Shown: one piece after another, positions 42,968 through 46,424 of the stretch | Layout: each line of letters opens with the position of its first letter | Numbering within the stretch: the first letter of the stretch is position 1 | NCBI GenBank assembly: GCA_020425485.1 | Contig: JAGQRL010000029.1 | Span: forward strand, 1-46,424 | DNA from: Rhodospirillaceae bacterium | Lineage (GTDB): Bacteria; Pseudomonadota; Alphaproteobacteria; DSM-16000; Inquilinaceae | Direction: 5' to 3' | Length of the DNA stretch: 46,424 nt | Made by a program: the position numbers and the translations under genes | Notes under the pieces: generated by a model | Told to the model about the DNA's origin: nothing | The model's database searches: none | The model's input: the letters and a program-made list of their open reading frames with translations, nothing else

Positions 42968-45478
42968 CTACCCCCTCTCATAGCAGGCAAGATTGTCCGG
43001 TGATCCCAGAAGCCGGAGCGCCCGGTCGGCCTCCTCCAGTCCCTGGGCTGCCGCAAGTTCCAGCAGCCGGCGCGCCTCCCCCCGGTTCATCGCAACGCCG
43101 GTGCCGGTGGCGTACATGCTGCCTAGGATATGTTGGGATTGTGCTTGCCCCGCCTCCGCCGCCAACTCGACGACCAGCACGCGTTGCTGAGGCGTCAGTT
43201 CGCCCGTGTCCGCTTCGCCAATCTCGGACTGGAAAGCTCGTATGGCCGCCCTGCTTGCCGGACCGATGATCCCATCATTTCTACCGGAATAGTAGCCAAG
43301 CCCTTGCAAGGCTTGCTGAATAGCGCGCGGTGGAATCGATGCCGCGCGATCGAGCGCCGCTGCGTCACGGGGATCTTCGCCACCGGCTTGGCGCCCGATG
43401 GAAATGGCGGCGGTGGCTATCTGCGCTTCTAGATGCCACACGTCGTCCGCGTCCACCGACAGGAGCCGCCGGTACCAGCCTTCGGCCTCCTCAATGCGGC
43501 CAAGGCAATGGGCGATCTGGCCGGCAACCAGCATCAGCTCCGGCGCCTGAGCTTCGGCCGGAAACTCGGTGAAGACGGCGTCCAGCCTCGATGCCGCCTC
43601 GGGAAGGTTACCCACACGGATTGCTTGCCAAACCTCGGCAAGGCGCCTCGAAGGTAGACTGCCGGTGGCAGATGCCATGGCGGCGACAGCCTCATCGATA
43701 CTGTCTGCGACCTGCTGCGCCAGCTCGTCGTCTCCACTGGTCTGCGCCCGCGCGTTCGCCAACTCCAGGACTACCGCCGACTGGGACAGTCGGCCTTCTT
43801 CGAACAGTGCCTCACCTGCCTGCATCAATGTGCCGGCACTCTCCAGGTCGGGAACAGCGGGGGCCAAGGCCTCAATGCCAGCGGGAGCAGGATCGACCGC
43901 GAGACCACTGGCAGGACCAACGGGCGCACCGCCATCTGGCCTCTCCGGCTCCGGTTCGGCGGCGGTCAACTGGTCCACCTCGCCATCGGCACTTGCAGCA
44001 GCCGGCTCCGGTGCAGCCACAGGGGAGCGCGTTGGCGGGTCGGCGGGCACCGGAACGATGTCCAAGTTGTTTGGCGGCGGAGGCATTTCCTGCGGTGCCG
44101 CCGTCGGTGGTATGGCCACAACGTCGCTTTCGTTGACCTGCCCCTCGGCAAGCGACAACGGCACAGGATCGCCGTCCTCGATGCCGGCGAATTCATCGTG
44201 GTCCGCCACCGTGATTGGATCGGACGGCGGCTCCTGGGTCGGTGTAAGCTCCTCAGCGGCGGTTCCGGTGTCAGGCTCCGGCTCCGATGGGGAGATGGCA
44301 CCGCTTTCGCCATCCCATCCCCGATCATCCAAAGACGATTGGCGCTCAACGTCCGGCCCCATCGCTTCCTCCGACGTGTCGGGGACCGCCGGCCACCAAC
44401 TTGCGATGACAACCGCCAAAGACGCCACCGTTGCCCCACCGCCCACGGACGCCCAAAGCACAGCCCGGGAGTGAGGCCGCTTGCTCTCCGGTTCGTCCAC
44501 CGGCGTTGGCCGGTCCTGTTGGCCGATCGCCGACCTGAACACCTCTGCAAACGCACTTGCACTACCGAACCGGTCCGCCGGATCGCGAGCGGTTGCCTTG
44601 GCCACCGCGTCATCAAGCCAATCCGGCAGATCCGGTCGCAGCGTCTTGGGGCGAAGGCAATCGGTCTCAAGCTTGGATTTGATGATTTGGGGAGTTGTCT
44701 TGCTCGAAGCGAACGCTCTGCGCCCGGTCAGGATTCGGAACAGAACGAGGCCGAGGCTGTAGATATCCGACCTCGCATCCCCCTCCTGTCCTTGATCATA
44801 AAGCTCCGGTGCGATGTATACTGTTGTCCCCACCGGCGAGCCGGTAAGAGTCAATCTGGTGTCATTCTCTATTCTGGCAATTCCAAAATCCGCCAACTTG
44901 ATCGACCGATCAGCGCCCACCAGTATGTTGTCCGGCTTGATGTCTCGGTGATACACACCTTTGGCGTGAGCGTGCTGAAGCGCATCGAGGACTGTCGAAG
45001 CAATTCGCACCGCTTCGTCCACTGTGGCCGGCTTGCCGACGGGGCAGAATGCCTCTAGCGACTGCCCGTCCACATACTCCATGACGAGGTACGGAGCCCC
45101 GTAGAGCGGCGGGCCATCTTCCGCACTGCCAGTGTCGTACACTCTCACGATTGCATTGTGGTCGAAGCGGCCCACCGCCTTGCGTTCCACATTGAACCGA
45201 CGCAGCAGATCGGCCCATTGGCTACTATTGGCCTGGCGGTCCGGATGGACCACCTTGATAGCAACAGGCCGGCCCATGCCTGCGTCGTAAGCTTTGAGCA
45301 CGTTCCCCATGCCGCCCTTGCCGATCCACGCTTCGATTCGATAGCGACCGATCGTCTTCGGCAGGACATGATCGCGGTTTTTTGACTCGAGTTGCGAATC
45401 GCTGAAGGTTTCGTTGGCTTTGCTGCGCTTCTCAACCAACGTTGTCGCTCCGCCAGACGGCCCACCACACTTTTTCAT
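42968..45478 (-). CDS. Hanks-type Ser/Thr protein kinase, single-pass receptor with Pro/Glu-rich linker, helical repeats, PG_binding_1 and Sel1-like C-terminal modules
   Basis: Kinase motifs IGKGGMGNV, VAIKV, HRDIKPDNIL, DFGIA, YIAPE. TM at aa 339-362. PG_binding_1-like IQQALQGLGYYSGRNDGIIGPASRAAIRAFQ. Sel1-like LGSMYATGTGVAMNRGEARRLLELAAAQG. Confidence 0.9.
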   Translation of the reverse strand: MKKCGGPSGGATTLVEKRSKANETFSDSQLESKNRDHVLPKTIGRYRIEAWIGKGGMGNVLKAYDAGMGRPVAIKVVHPDRQANSSQWADLLRRFNVERKAVGRFDHNAIVRVYDTGSAEDGPPLYGAPYLVMEYVDGQSLEAFCPVGKPATVDEAVRIASTVLDALQHAHAKGVYHRDIKPDNILVGADRSIKLADFGIARIENDTRLTLTGSPVGTTVYIAPELYDQGQEGDARSDIYSLGLVLFRILTGRRAFASSKTTPQIIKSKLETDCLRPKTLRPDLPDWLDDAVAKATARDPADRFGSASAFAEVFRSAIGQQDRPTPVDEPESKRPHSRAVLWASVGGGATVASLAVVIASWWPAVPDTSEEAMGPDVERQSSLDDRGWDGESGAISPSEPEPDTGTAAEELTPTQEPPSDPITVADHDEFAGIEDGDPVPLSLAEGQVNESDVVAIPPTAAPQEMPPPPNNLDIVPVPADPPTRSPVAAPEPAAASADGEVDQLTAAEPEPERPDGGAPVGPASGLAVDPAPAGIEALAPAVPDLESAGTLMQAGEALFEEGRLSQSAVVLELANARAQTSGDDELAQQVADSIDEAVAAMASATGSLPSRRLAEVWQAIRVGNLPEAASRLDAVFTEFPAEAQAPELMLVAGQIAHCLGRIEEAEGWYRRLLSVDADDVWHLEAQIATAAISIGRQAGGEDPRDAAALDRAASIPPRAIQQALQGLGYYSGRNDGIIGPASRAAIRAFQSEIGEADTGELTPQQRVLVVELAAEAGQAQSQHILGSMYATGTGVAMNRGEARRLLELAAAQGLEEADRALRLLGSPDNLACYERG

Positions 45479-45650
45479 TGTGCCACTGGGACGGGCGCAC
45501 CGCCAACCGTGCTAAAGGCGTTTTCCACTCACCCGCGGCCGACCCGGCGGCGGGCAGAGCCTTGTGATCTCCTTGCAACGCTCTCCGGGGACCGGCCCGC
45601 ACCCCCACGACCGGCAGACGGTCCCGTCGTCCGCTCCGTGCACCGCCGGC

Positions 45651-46424
45651 TCACTGCCAGTCCAGCACCACCTTGCCCGCCTTGCCGGCGGCGGCGATGG
45701 CGAAGGCCGCCTGGTAGTCGTCCACCTTCATGCGGTGGGTGATCACCTTGCGGACATCGAGCCCGGACTCCAGCATGGCCAGCATCTTGTACCAGGTCTC
45801 GAACATCTCCCGGCCGTAGATGCCGCGCAGCGTCACCAGGCGGAACACCACCTTGCCGAGATCGAAGATGAAGGGCCGGGAGGGAACCCCTAGCAGCGCC
45901 ACGCGCCCGCCCATCACCAGGCTGTCGATCATCTGCTCCAGGGCGGCAGGCGCGCCGCTCATCTCCAGCCCGACGTCGAAGCCTTCCGTCATCTTCAGCT
46001 CCGCCATCACGTCGCGCAGGTCCTCCTTGGTCACGTCGACCGTGCGCAGGTCGCCCACCACCGCTTCGGCCAGCTTCAGGCGCTCGGGATTGACGTCGGT
46101 GATCACCACGTGGCGCGCGCCGACATGCTTGGCCACGGCCGCCCCCATGATGCCGATGGGCCCGGCACCGGTGACGATGACATCCTCGCCGACGAGATCG
46201 AAGGCCAGGGCCGTGTGCACGGCATTGCCCAGGGGATCGAGGATGGCGCCGATCTCGTCGTCCACCGCATCGGGCAGCGGCACGATGTTGAAGGCAGGGA
46301 TGCGGGCGTAGTCGGCAAAGGCGCCGGGAATGTTCACGCCGATGCCCTTGGTTTCGGGGTCGAGATGGTATCTGCCGGCGCGCGCGGCCCGGCTCTTCAT
46401 GCCCACCACATGGCCTTCGCCGGA
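45651..46424 (-). CDS. tdh: L-threonine 3-dehydrogenase, C-terminal part (5' end outside the window)
   Basis: Near-identical blocks to known Tdh: [76 protein letters not shown]. The frame is open to the window end. Confidence 0.95.
   Translation of the reverse strand, partial: SGEGHVVGMKSRAARAGRYHLDPETKGIGVNIPGAFADYARIPAFNIVPLPDAVDDEIGAILDPLGNAVHTALAFDLVGEDVIVTGAGPIGIMGAAVAKHVGARHVVITDVNPERLKLAEAVVGDLRTVDVTKEDLRDVMAELKMTEGFDVGLEMSGAPAALEQMIDSLVMGGRVALLGVPSRPFIFDLGKVVFRLVTLRGIYGREMFETWYKMLAMLESGLDVRKVITHRMKVDDYQAAFAIAAAGKAGKVVLDWQ

Noticed and set aside
1-46424. Search for tRNA/tmRNA genes, integrases, transposases, IS inverted repeats and prophage genes flanking the two low-GC islands.
   Set aside because: None could be recognised by eye on either strand. 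The island calls therefore rest on composition and gene content only.

Overview
High-GC (about 68-73% in sampled lines) chromosomal segment of alphaproteobacterial type with about 40 genes and no rRNA, tRNA, CRISPR, transposase or integrase that I could recognise. Most of it is housekeeping or catabolic. This includes leuC (5' partial), a CHASE-PAS hybrid histidine kinase, a MAPEG-SDR-cupin-TetR operon, and a CecR/YbhGFSR-like TetR-HlyD-ABC-ABC2 efflux operon with ATGA start/stop overlaps. It also includes a CBS-domain ClC channel, a large divergent GntR-controlled cluster, a Liv-type ABC transporter followed by SDR, BKACE and thioesterase genes, and tdh (3' end only). The divergent cluster combines an AcnA-type aconitase paralog, a hydantoinase-like amidohydrolase, an isochorismatase-like hydrolase, an SDR, TctB/TctA, an ICL/PEP-mutase-family enzyme, an FAD oxidoreductase and TctC. 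Two compositionally foreign islands (about 50-60% GC) are the best candidates for an undescribed system. Island A (about 931-5599) carries a DUF4157 zincin-headed toxin-like protein with a lysozyme-like C-terminus. Convergent with it is a 912-aa NACHT/STAND NTPase with 23 C-terminal pentapeptide repeats and an unassigned N-terminal module of about 265 aa, which looks like an NLR-type defence candidate. Island B (about 41693-45650) carries a Hanks-type Ser/Thr receptor kinase with a PG_binding_1 plus Sel1 ectodomain. It is tightly coupled to a secreted FGE-sulfatase-fold protein that lacks the catalytic Cys pair. All functional calls come from motif recognition by eye. No database search was run.
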